Part shown: positions 53,201-64,000 of the stretch, piece after piece
Position numbering within the stretch: position 1 is the stretch's first letter
Layout: every line of letters begins with the position of its first letter
From: Amoebidium appalachense
Taxonomy: Eukaryota; Protista; Ichthyosporea
Reading direction: 5' to 3'
DNA: 64,000 bases
Assembly (NCBI GenBank): GCA_963693365.1
Contig: CAVNZM010000004.1
Coordinates: 14,258,524-14,322,523, forward strand
Notes under the pieces: generated by a model
Databases searched by the model: none
What the model saw: only the letters and a program-made list of their open reading frames with translations
What the model was told of the DNA's origin: nothing
Position numbers and translations under genes: made by a program

Positions 53201-53343
53201 GCGCGCGTGTGTGTGTGCGTGCATGTATGTGAGCAAGTTTTTGTGCGCGTGCACGCCTGTGTGTTGAGTGTGAGTGAGTGAGTGTGTGTGTGTGTGCGCA
53301 CACGCGGGCGTGCGTGCATGTAAGTAGTTTTTGTGCGCGTGCA

Positions 53344-53426
<83 letters not shown>

Positions 53427-53790
53427 GTGTGCGCGCGCGCGCGCACGCGTGTATGCATGCATGGATGCATGCATGTATGTGTGTAGGTTTGTGTGCGAGT
53501 GTGCGCGTGTGCACGTGGAGGTATGTATGTATGTATGTATGTGTGTGTGTGCGCGCGTGCGTGTATGTAAGTATGTAAGTACGTAAGCATGTGTGTCTGA
53601 GTGTGTATGCATGTGCGTGTGTGTGAGTGTGTGGGTGCCTGTGCCATACTTTACGTGGATGGGTATACGGACAAATACATTCAATGTGAGGAGGAGGAAG
53701 GAACCATAGACTGCCAGCACCCAGCAAGCACGAAGCAGTACACAAGTATTCAACAGGCAGGCATGCTTCAAGGGGTAGCTAGACTTGCAT

Positions 53791-53826
<36 letters not shown>

Positions 53827-54280
53827 AGTTACTTACGCAGGATTTCCTCCTTGGGGTGTTGGTCAGGGAGGGAGAGAAGAACTGCGAGGGCGAGTAGAGG
53901 GTGTCCAGGTACATCCCCCCTAGACGGGGTGGATCCCAACTCCACCGTGGGGGCCGCTGGTTTGGAAGGTGTCTGCAGGGGTCGGGGTTGACCGTGCAGG
54001 AGGGTGGGCCTGGGGGGGGGGGTGTTGGCAATATGCAAGGGTACGGTGCTTGCTTATGTGGGCAGGCAGGCAGGCAGGCAGGCAGGCAAGGAGCAGGCAG
54101 GCAGGCAGGCAGGCGGGCAGGCAGGCAGGCAGGCAGGCACTGTGTGCACCTTTCTTCTAGGGTCTCCTCCGGGTTGCTCGTGCAGTCCACAGCTCCTTGG
54201 GTCTCTGTAGCCCACACGTGTCAGTGGGCAACCACGCGTATGTGTGCATTCGTGTGTGTGTGGGTGTGTGTGTGTTTGTG

Positions 54281-54319
<39 letters not shown>

Positions 54320-54892
54320 GGGGGTGAAGAGGGATGTCTGATGTCATCTAATATATCTGTGTTTTGTGGTGGTAATGGTGGGTGGGTTGAGAGGGAGTGG
54401 GGTGTTTCAGCACATGGGGGCATGACACCCACCCGAGGGAGACAGATCGGCCAGGCTGGTGACCCAGGGTGTCTTCCAGTCCTGCAGCCAATCACAGTCA
54501 GTGCCCACTAACCTTACATGGTAATGCTATTGCTATGGGCTGCATACCTCTGGCTCAATGCACTGCAGCACCCTTCTAGGGCTGATGCCCACCGCCTGGT
54601 GGGTGGTGTCGTGCCTGGGCCCATGGGGGCCATCAGCGCGCCAGTCCCTGACCACGTGCATGTCTGATGATATGGGGGACACCACAAGCTTGGCCGTGCA
54701 CTGCGTGATATGAGGTGTGCGGGTTAGACGTGGGGGAAGACAGGATGACAAGGATGGGAGGAGGGGAGACTTAGCTGGTGTGGCATCTGAATTTCTGGTA
54801 CCAAACACGTCATTGGTAAACCACAATGGCACGTAATGTGTGTATGCGTGTGTGTGCGCGCGTGCGGTGCGCGCACCTGCGTATATGCACGC

Positions 54893-54923
<31 letters not shown>

Positions 54924-55428
54924 TGTGCGTGCGGATGAGTGCGCGTGCGTGTGTGCTTGCATATGTCTGTGTGTGCATCTTTCTCTCTCTCTCTCTCTCT
55001 CCCTCTCTGTGTGTGTGTGCGTATGAGAGAGATGGAGATAGAAATAGAGATAGAGAGAGAGGGAGAGAGAGAGTGTGTGTGTGTGTGTGCCTGTGTGCCT
55101 GTGTGGCAGGTGCTACGTACGATGCTGACCAGCTCGTTCTCCTCCCCATCCGCCCCATCATCCCACAGCTCCACCCACTCCTCCTCCTCCACCTTTCTCT
55201 TCTTGCTGCTGCCCTCACGTGCCCTGTCCCTCCCCCTGGCCTCCATTCCGCCTGTTTCCACGGCCTTCCGCACGTTCGAGAGGGGCTGCACGACTGTGAT
55301 TGGCTGGCACTCCACATGTGGAACCAGGGAGGGTGCCATCTTGCGCCGACGTGACTTGCCTGCCCCCGGCTGGGGGGTGGGGGCCCGGAAGGTATCGCAT
55401 GTGCTGGTTGCCGTGGGTGTGGAGCCAG

Positions 55429-55465
<37 letters not shown>

Positions 55466-55530
55466 GTGTGTGTGTGCGTGCACGTGCGTCCATAAAACAT
55501 GAAGGGAAATAAAGGAGTTAGGCACAAAGT

Positions 55531-55561
<31 letters not shown>

Positions 55562-55849
55562 GGGGGGGGGGGGGCTGCCAGGCGAGCACGTGTGTAGCAC
55601 AGTTGTGTTGTGGGTAGGTTTGCAGTGTAAGGCCCTGCCATTCGCAGATATGGGGAGACTGCCTGCCTGGCTGCTGACATGACTTTTCTTTCTTTCTTTC
55701 TTTTTTTCTTTTTTTTTTTTTTTTTTTTTTGGGGGGGGGGGGGACCAACTCACCATTTGCACAAGGGGAAATGAGGTGGAGAGTATAAGGGGCACCGGGA
55801 TGTTGGGGGTGGTGGACTGCAGGGGCACTAGGGTAGGCCCACCCCTGTG

Positions 55850-55893
<44 letters not shown>

Positions 55894-56028
55894 TGTGTGT
55901 GAGTGTGTGTGTGTGAGTGTGTGAGTGTGTGAGTGTGTGTGTGTGTGTGTGTGAGTGTGTGAGTGTGTGAGTGTGTGAGTGTGAGTGTGTGAGTGTGTGA
56001 GTGTGTGAGTGTGTGAGTGAGTGAGTGA

Positions 56029-56070
<42 letters not shown>

Positions 56071-56738
56071 GTGGGAGGCAGGGCATGCACGTGTCAGTGC
56101 TTGTACTCGCCTTTTAAGGCGACACCTACCGTGTGGCCCAGGCACCTGCACAGCACCACACATGCACACAATGCATATACCCACTGACCGGCACCACTTC
56201 TAGAAAATCCAAGACGATGGCTTGACAGAAAGGGGCCGTGGTTGCCTGTGTGTGCACACCTGAACCAGTGTCTCTCTCTTCCTTCTACTTTCCCCCTTGG
56301 TTTCGTTTCTTTTCTAATCTTTTCTTCCTTCTTCCTTTTTATTTAAGCAGAAGCATGTGCATGTGCATGTGCATATGTGTGCGCAGGTAAGTGTGGAGTT
56401 TGTGTGTTCCTCTGGGAGTGAGTCAGTGGATGTATTTACGTGGGTGTGCATATTTCAGGGAGGGCCGGGGGGAGTGGGCAAGGAATGTGTACTTTGATTT
56501 TCTTGGTCTCTTGGTCGGTCTCTTTGCAGGCTGCACCGCATTCTCCTTGTCCTCCTCAGCACCATTCTTTGGAGGGGGGGTTCGCATTTTGGCTTGGGGC
56601 ATTGTGGGAGTTTAGCAGGCCGTGTGAGCCTAGGGTGTGGTGGGCGTGAGGTGTAGTGTATGCTCGTAATGGCCCGTGAGCAGTCCACACGCTTTTTGAG
56701 GCTCGTGTTCCAGTAGTTCTTGATGGTGTTGTCCGTCC

Positions 56739-56821
<83 letters not shown>

Positions 56822-57166
56822 TGCATGTTTGTTTGTTCGTATGCGTGCTTTGTTGTGTTGTGCATGTGTTGCGCACATGTTTTAGTAACCAACATATCAC
56901 TCTGCAACGGTTAGCTACCGCCCAGATGAACGCCTCCCCTCTGCATCCATTTGCTCCTGCACGGACATAAAACTGTGTGCACACAGTTGTAATGTGTGCA
57001 AACACGTGTAAGCAATGCACCCACACACCACCCACCTGCCGGGCAGCATCTGAGCAATCTGACTCCACCTGTTGCCCAGCTCCCTGTGTGCCCGCACAAG
57101 TATCTCCTCCTCCTCAGCCGTCCACGGCCCCTTGCGCACCTCGGGGGACAGGTGGTTGTGCCACCT

Positions 57167-57256
<90 letters not shown>

Positions 57257-58031
57257 ACGCGTCCGTGTGGGGATAGATGATGTTTGGAGAGTGGCCAGTA
57301 CACCTACCCATGAACCTCCTCTCCCCTACCTGCCAGCCACACTAACACACCTGCACTCCTCCCCTACCCTACCTCCAGCACAATTAGTGTAACACATCAG
57401 GGGCAACACACGCAAGCCAGCCACCACCATCACCTTACCCTATTCACACGTCCCCCCTCGGCGCTGCCTTTATGGAAAATAATGGACTAGCAAGGTTCCT
57501 GCCAGCACTACATCGGGGGCTACATATATCCCCCCTCCCCCCGCCCCCCACCACCAACACTCACCTTCCCGCACGTGAAACAAGGAAACATCATGAAACA
57601 TCGAGAAACAAGGAAACATCACCCCCCCCCCAAAAAAAAATTAGACACGCACACACACATAACCCCGTTCACCTGCCTACATACACAAGCATGCACACAC
57701 CCACTCGCACCTCTCTCTGCACTGCTTGCCGACCCTGCCGACCAGGGCCTCCGCAACCCTTGCCCAGTTCCTAGTGCCGTACAGCTTCACCAGCTCACGT
57801 ATCTTGTCGTCCTCCTGATGCCAAAGAGGGGGTCGGTGGGATGCACAGGGCACTCACTGCATGCACGGGCAGATGGCCGGCCCATCCACTGCAAGGCAGC
57901 AGAAACCCACGCGTGCACATGCACGTGCAAGCATGCAAGACCATGCACGTGCAGCCAGGCATGCCCCACCCACCAAACGCACAATCCTCCGGGGTCCAAC
58001 CCCCCTTGGCCATGTCCATAGGCACACACAC

Positions 58032-58072
<41 letters not shown>

Positions 58073-58437
58073 CTGGAGTCCAGCCCCCCTTGACTATGTC
58101 CGGGCTCAGCACGTGCATCCACCTGTGCTGGCACACTGCGGCTGTGCGGCCCGGCAGCTCCTTGGCTATGCGGTGCCACTGGCCCTCAGCCCCGTACTGC
58201 TCCACAAGGCTACGTAGCAGGTCATCCTGGGGGGGTGGGGGGGGGGGGGGTGAGCAAGGTTTAAGCAGATAGGGAAAGGAAGGTGTTAAGGGGAGGGGGG
58301 CGCATCTAACAAAGAAGAGGGATTGGTGTACGGCGAGATGATGGAGAAATAAGGGAATAGACATGTAGCTGTTGCCGGTTGGAAGAATGCAGGCCTTGTA
58401 AGCCATCATGCATCCAGGTGTGTGATCGTGTGTGATC

Positions 58438-58513
<76 letters not shown>

Positions 58514-59094
58514 ATGTGTGTGGCCAAGTGTGTGTGTGGGTGAGTGTGTGGCATGAATGTTGCTGGCAGGAAGAATGCAAGCCTTGTAAGCCCATCATGC
58601 ACCCAGTGTGTGTAATCGTGTGTGTGTGTGTGAGTGTATGGTGTGTGTGCCCGTGTGCGGCCAAGTGTGTGTGTGTGTGTGTGTGTGTCCGTGTGCACAC
58701 GCACGTGTGTGTGCACGGGTGTGCATGCGTTTACACCAAACCCTTTTTGTGTGTGTCAAATGATATCCCGTGTACACAGCGACGGTAACCTTCATGTCGC
58801 TAAGCACTTGCGGTATTTTTTTTGAACGTGTATGTGATTGTTAGGCACAGGTGTGCCTATGCACGTGGCAGCTACACGCTCATGTGCGTGCTTATTGAAT
58901 ATGTGCATACCACATACAGACCCTGCTGAAAAGTGCTGTTACATCTACAGCTTGCTTGCTTGTGGAATCAAGAAAAAATGAAAATCCTGTAAACTCACTC
59001 GGCCACTTGCGCAGCAACATACCTCAAACCTGAGCCACGTTCTATGGCCTTTCTGGGGTTTTCCCCCGTTATTTGTCTCTTCCTCCGTCGACAT
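50545..59094 (-). CDS. three-repeat (R1R2R3) MYB transcription factor, multi-exon; 3' end approximate
   Basis: Exons 59094-59023 (MSTEEE...RTWLRFE), 58227-58071 (DDLLRSLVEQYG...CQHRW...KGGWTPE), 57815-57705 (EDDKIRELVKLYG...VGKQCRER), 57164-57036 (WHNHLSPEVRKGPWT...GNRWSQIAQMLPGR) and 56737 onward (TDNTIKNYWN). Several S/T-P-rich low-complexity exons follow down to about 50.6 kb. Confidence 0.9.
52152..52303 (+). repeat. 28-bp minisatellite, about 5 copies
   Basis: Unit GGTGGGCACAAGAATGGGGGCTATGTGG next to a MYB 3' splice site. Confidence 0.92.
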
Positions 59095-59453
59095 ACTTGT
59101 ACGTCTGCAGAGAGAAGGTGGTGGGTATAAGAATACAGTAGCAAAGTCACACTTGCCTGCATATACACGTGTCATGTTTTTCAGTGCATGTTGCCTTTTG
59201 CGTGCTGCCTGTGCGCATATGGATGGGTACTACTTTGTAGGCTGTAGGGCTATATGCCAATAGCACCGTGCTCTCCTTCCCACCTCCTTATAGAAGCATT
59301 TCACTTCCTGCACAACCACCTTCACCTGGGTACTCACCATCAAGCACTGTGGTTTGCTGTGCCTCCTCGCCTACCAGCTATGCAAGAGCACGCTACCACA
59401 ATCCAACTGTCAATCCTAGCGCTGCCTCAGACTCTTACAATAGACACTGCTTT

Positions 59454-59742
59454 TTTGGCGCGAAAAATGCTCCGAGGTTACGTGTGTTTTGGTGACCCAG
59501 ACTGACGCAGGCACGCTTTTGTACGTGTCGGGACGTGACGGTCAATGGAATGTGCGTGTGATTGAAGCCGCCAGCAACGGGCGTGCGGTGAGATCGCACC
59601 CGCAAACCGAATTTCCCGCTTGCCCGTTGCGATTGCATTGAATCGCAGAGCGGTTGGTTGGCGCGAAAAGCGTCACGTTACCGCGTGGCATTATGCCGGC
59701 ATAATGTGCGATGATGATGTCACGAGGGCACTTATGACGTCA
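59454..59742. promoter_or_regulatory. MYB/SEH1 divergent promoter with E2F-type sites and a CRE
   Basis: TTTGGCGCGAAA at 59454-59465, TTTCCCGC at 59612-59619, TTGGCGCGAAA at 59658-59668 and TGACGTCA near 59735, between head-to-head start codons at 59094 and 60076. Confidence 0.6.
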
Positions 59743-60075
59743 CAGGCCATCTCTGATAGGTGGTGCAGTTCTAGCCAATGAATGGGGTTGGAGCAATGAC
59801 TGCGCCAAGTCTTGGTGGCTCACTGGCCCACTGGGGTGGTTTCTTTTTTTTTTGAACCCAAGCGCCTCCAACTCTGAGTTGGAGGCTTTGTTTGAAAAGT
59901 TTCAAGCTTGACATCCCAAAGAGAAAAAAAAGCTCTTTTGTAAGAGAGAGGGCATACGTAGCCTTGTGTTCTTCTGCAAGGCACAGACACACGTGTATTT
60001 CTTTCCTAGCGCCCATGGCGTGACAAGCACACACACGCCTTTAGACTGTCCCCTGGCCGGGTGGCGTGCAGCACT

Positions 60076-61064
60076 ATGCGTGTGGGGCGGGGCCTGGACA
60101 CGGAGCACAAGGACCTGGTGCTGTATGTGGCCTACGACTTCTACGGCCAGCGCCTGGCCACGTGCAGCAGCGACCACACCATACGCGTATGGGACCACGA
60201 CCCACAGACCGGCGAATGGGTGTTGAGCGACGAGCTCAAGGTGTGTACCAGTTTGGCGTGTCTCTGTTGCCGCGTGTTGTGCACTGCAGGACTCCCTTCT
60301 TCAGGAAAACCCTATACTCAATCCAGCGCCCCCCCCCACCCCCCCCCCCAACCCCATCCCACCCCTCCACCACCACCACTACCACCGCCACCACTTTCCT
60401 CCGTCGGGCATGGTGGTATCTCTTCTCTGCTCCTCACAACCTGTGGATCGTGTTGCCCAACTACTTTTTGTTCACCAAATAGAACACCTTTTACGTGCTT
60501 GTGCACTTGCTTGTGTGCCCGTGTAGATGTGCATCTGGGTGCGTTTGGAAGTGTCTGCATGCATGTGCGGGTGCATGAGTGTGTATTCATGTATGCATTC
60601 TTATGTGCACTTGTGTGTGTGTGTCTGTGTGTGCGTGTGTGCGTGTGTGTGTGCGCGCGTGTGTGTGTGTGCGCGCGCATGTGTGTGCGTTCGTGTGTGT
60701 GTGTGCTTGTACGTCTGCATGTGTGTGTGTGTATGTGTGTGTCTTTTGTGTATGTCTTCTTGAATGGAATGTTCTAGTTACTGATTATCAACGTACGTTC
60801 ATTCCATCATGTGCCTAGTGGTAAGGGGCACTAGCACGTGATCTTACCGTTCAAGAGCTGCCGACACAAACATAACATCTGGTGGCTTATGAAGTTTCTG
60901 GCTCTAAGTAGACTGGTAGCATTAACTAACTGCCGTCGGCTACTCTTGGAACACAAAACACACCGGCAAACTCGCACCAAATCTATTTTTAGGGATTTTC
61001 GCAGTCAAATCACACTGACACTCCACCTCTCGTTGACGAGCACGTACGACTGTCCACACGTACG

Positions 61065-61114
<50 letters not shown>

Positions 61115-62527
61115 CACACACGCATGCAGGAAAAAGGCCACACCGGGCCTGTATGGAAGGTGGTGTGGGGCCACCCTGAGTTTGGCCAAATTCTTGCGTC
61201 ATGCTCCTTCGACCGTATAGTCATCATATGGGAGGAGCAGGGTGCGTGCACCTCCCCCCCCCCCCCCCCCCCCCCCCCAACCCCACCCCACCCACCCACC
61301 CACCCACCATTCTACCCACCCGCTCACCCACCCCCGTCCGGACCCTAAGAGACCCAAACTGCTCGTGCCCCCCTCCCGACACACACGCACACCACACACT
61401 TTCGTCAATGTACGGTTACCCCCCTTCTCCCAAACACATACACACATACGGCCGAGAGACAGAAAGACATGCAGGCACACACGCCGCGCGCTGGGGGGAG
61501 GAGGGCGGGGGGGGGGGGGGGGAGGGGGAGGGCGCAAGGATGAAACCGATGCCTTATCTCCCCACGTCCCCACTCTTTTCCAAACCAGTTGTTTACCCGT
61601 TCCTGTTCTGGTTTGTCCTGATCTGTTGATCCTCCGACAAAAACAAGGAAAGAAAAGAAAACAAGCAAGGAAGAAGCATTGAAGAATTGAGAAGATGGGA
61701 GGGTGGATTTTCTGGCCACATTTCTGTGTGTGTGTGACACATGTGTCCTTTGCAGTGGGGGCTGTTAAGCCGCCCAAGTGGGTGAGACGTACAGCGCTAG
61801 TGGACTCGAGAAATAGCGTCAACGACATCGAGTTTGCTCCAAAGCACATGGGCCTCAGACTGGTGCACACCCCACCCCCCCCTCTCCCCTGCTTTCTCCA
61901 CCATTCACTTTCCCCCTTTCTGTCCCTTCTCCTACCCGTGGTTGTGGCGTTGGAAAAGCTGGCAAAATGGTGGAGAGAAAGGGGGAGAAACAATGTGTGG
62001 CTAAATGATTAAGGCAGGGGGGAGGGAGGACTGGGCAGGTATGTGCATGCATTACAGGTAGGCAGCAGAAAATCGACGGCGTGGTTCATGGGCAGGGAGG
62101 GGGCCTTGTGGGTGTTGTTCCAGGGGGCGGAGGGGAGGGGGAGGGGGGGGGGGAGGGGGGGGGGGTACCAGACAAGTTGAGACAAGTTCTGTAATTGCGA
62201 TGCAGTGAAGTACATCTTTACTTTCCATATTCTTCACAAGGACAAGTAAGCATCGTGATATTAGTCTGCATTCAACAGGCACGCACCCAATCTCACCTGT
62301 GTGCTCGGTCCTCTCTCTCCCCCTTCAACCCGTAGTCACCCACCCTGTTTAATGTCATGCATGTAGGGCTGATTGTATGGTGCAGGTGACCAGTGCATCA
62401 GACGGGTTCATTCGTGTGTACGAGGCCATTGACGTCATGAACCTGACCCACTGGCCCCTCATGGTATGGCTCCCTGTTCTCCTCCCGTCCCGTTCCCCTC
62501 TCACCCCCCCCCCCCCCCCCCCCCCCG

Positions 62528-62568
<41 letters not shown>

Positions 62569-62613
62569 AGCTCTCTTGGCTGTGTTCTACAGACAGGGGG
62601 GTGTCGGGTAGGG

Positions 62614-62663
<50 letters not shown>

Positions 62664-63272
62664 AGGGGGGTGGGGGGGGGAAGGGAGAGGGGGGGGGGGT
62701 TTGCACTCTGTCACCAGAAATGCATACGGGTGTAGTTTTTTTGCAGTGCTGCTGGCACAATCATTTGTTTTCTTGGGTTGGATGTGATCCAGGCCATCAC
62801 CAGGGTGGGCGTGGGGGGTTAGGGGGGGGGGGGGGGGGGGGGAAAGGTGGAGGGGGGGGGGGGAGGGGGAGGGGGGGGGGGGGCATAGGGTGATGAAGCA
62901 GGAACGTTTCTGTATGTAAGTACGGGGAGGCAGGGATTTGGGGAGAGTTGGGGCACGTGCAGGCTGCTGCCACCATACGGCTCTGTGGTTAAGTGGGCTT
63001 TGGAAAGAGGGGGGGGGGGGGGGGGGGGGGGCATGGGATGTTCTATGGGGCTTTTGGAGGTGCCTCTGGGGATCGGATTCAGGCACATGGCTGTGTGCAC
63101 TGCCCTGCGCCCTCTCGTGCAATTGGGAGCCAACCCACACACTCTCTGCATATGCCAACCACGTGCCCCCCAGGAGGAGTTTGAGGCCAAGCGCTGCACG
63201 TGCGTCAGCTGGAACCCCTCAAGGTTTGGGCCCCCCATGCTGGCCGTGGGCTTTGATGATGCCCTGGTCAAG
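60076..63272 (+). CDS. SEH1: nucleoporin/GATOR2 subunit SEH1, 5' part (continues beyond the window). Exons approx 60076-60240, 61130-61241, 61757-61862, 62386-62463, 63174-63272
   Basis: Motifs [81 protein letters not shown] and CVSWNPSR...PMLAVG. Confidence 0.93.
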
Positions 63273-63275
63273 GTG

Positions 63276-63552
63276 CGTGCACGTGCCCATGTGTTTTAGG
63301 CACCTGGGTGTGCACGTGCACATGTGTTTTAGGCACCTGGGTGTGCACGTGCCCATGTGTTTTAGGCACCTGGGTGTGCACGTGCCCATGTCTTTTAGGC
63401 ACCTGGGTGTGGCACGTGCCCATGTGTTTTAGGCACCTGGGTGTGCACGTGCACATGTGTTTTAGGCACCTGGGTGTGCACGTGCCCATGTGTTTTAGGC
63501 ACCTGGGTGTGCACGTGCACATGTGTTTTAGGCACCTGGGTGTGCACGTGCC
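63276..63552 (+). repeat. 33-bp minisatellite, about 8 copies, starting at a SEH1 donor site
   Basis: Unit GTGCACGTGCCCATGTGTTTTAGGCACCTGGGT; TTTTAGG recurs at 63294, 63327 and onward. Confidence 0.92.
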
Positions 63553-63626
63553 TGTGGGAGGCATGCGTGTCTGCGGATGTGCCTGTTTGTTATCTCATGC
63601 AACCCCCCCCCCCCCCCCCCCAAACC

Positions 63627-63755
63627 GATGGGCTCTGCCTATGACGCATACTGTGCGCATGGCTGATGTTGCATACCTGAATATTTGCCTTTGCATGTGT
63701 CCTGCACCATGCTTATCATTGTGTATGTATACTTTGTACCGTGTTCCGCATGCAA
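63627..63755 (+). repeat. 129-bp dispersed repeat, copy 2
   Basis: Aligns to the reverse complement of 25542-25670. Confidence 0.85.
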
Positions 63756-64000
63756 ACCTCCCCTCCCCCCTTCCCCCCCCCCCCCCCGACAGCTCCCTTG
63801 GAACCCATGCGGCATGTTACCCGCCGGCGTAACATAACTCGGACTATCGGTTTGGCTTTTTTCAAGCCCAAAGCAATGGGTGATACCATATTTCCGGCTG
63901 ACATCCGGGGGCATAGCTTTCCGTTCGAAGACGATAAAGTTCCGCCCTAGTAAGCGTGTTACTACCCTGCGGCGTGGGTCAAATCTCATATTTTCCCCTC

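Noticed and set aside
63276-63552. 33-bp array as CRISPR or telomeric repeat
   Set aside because: Units are head-to-tail with no unique spacers, no cas genes are present, and TTTTAGG occurs only once per unit.

Overview
Eukaryotic, intron-rich genomic DNA. The gene content (FBXW8-like, ADPGK, METTL4, 3R-MYB) suggests a unicellular relative of animals, but that is an inference. Bases 1-13 kb are transposon-rich: a decayed Ty1/copia element broken by nested solo LTRs, a 1.05-kb non-autonomous Tc1/mariner (pogo-type) element with perfect 24-bp TIRs, an intronless class-C-GPCR-like membrane protein gene, and two homologous 5'-truncated non-LTR retrotransposon 3' ends. Bases 13-64 kb hold the genes METTL4 (+), an intronless YeeE/YedE sulfur transporter (-), ADPGK (-), ARF1 (+), FBXW8-like (+), a three-repeat MYB (-) and the 5' part of SEH1 (+). 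The most unusual signal is intron architecture: on both strands (GT)n tracts begin at 5' splice sites while (CA)n or poly-C tracts end at 3' splice sites, often with no U-rich polypyrimidine tract. This suggests a repeat- or structure-guided splicing code. Most long ORFs in the track are translations of these repeats. Exon models were read by eye, and homopolymer lengths may contain sequencing error.
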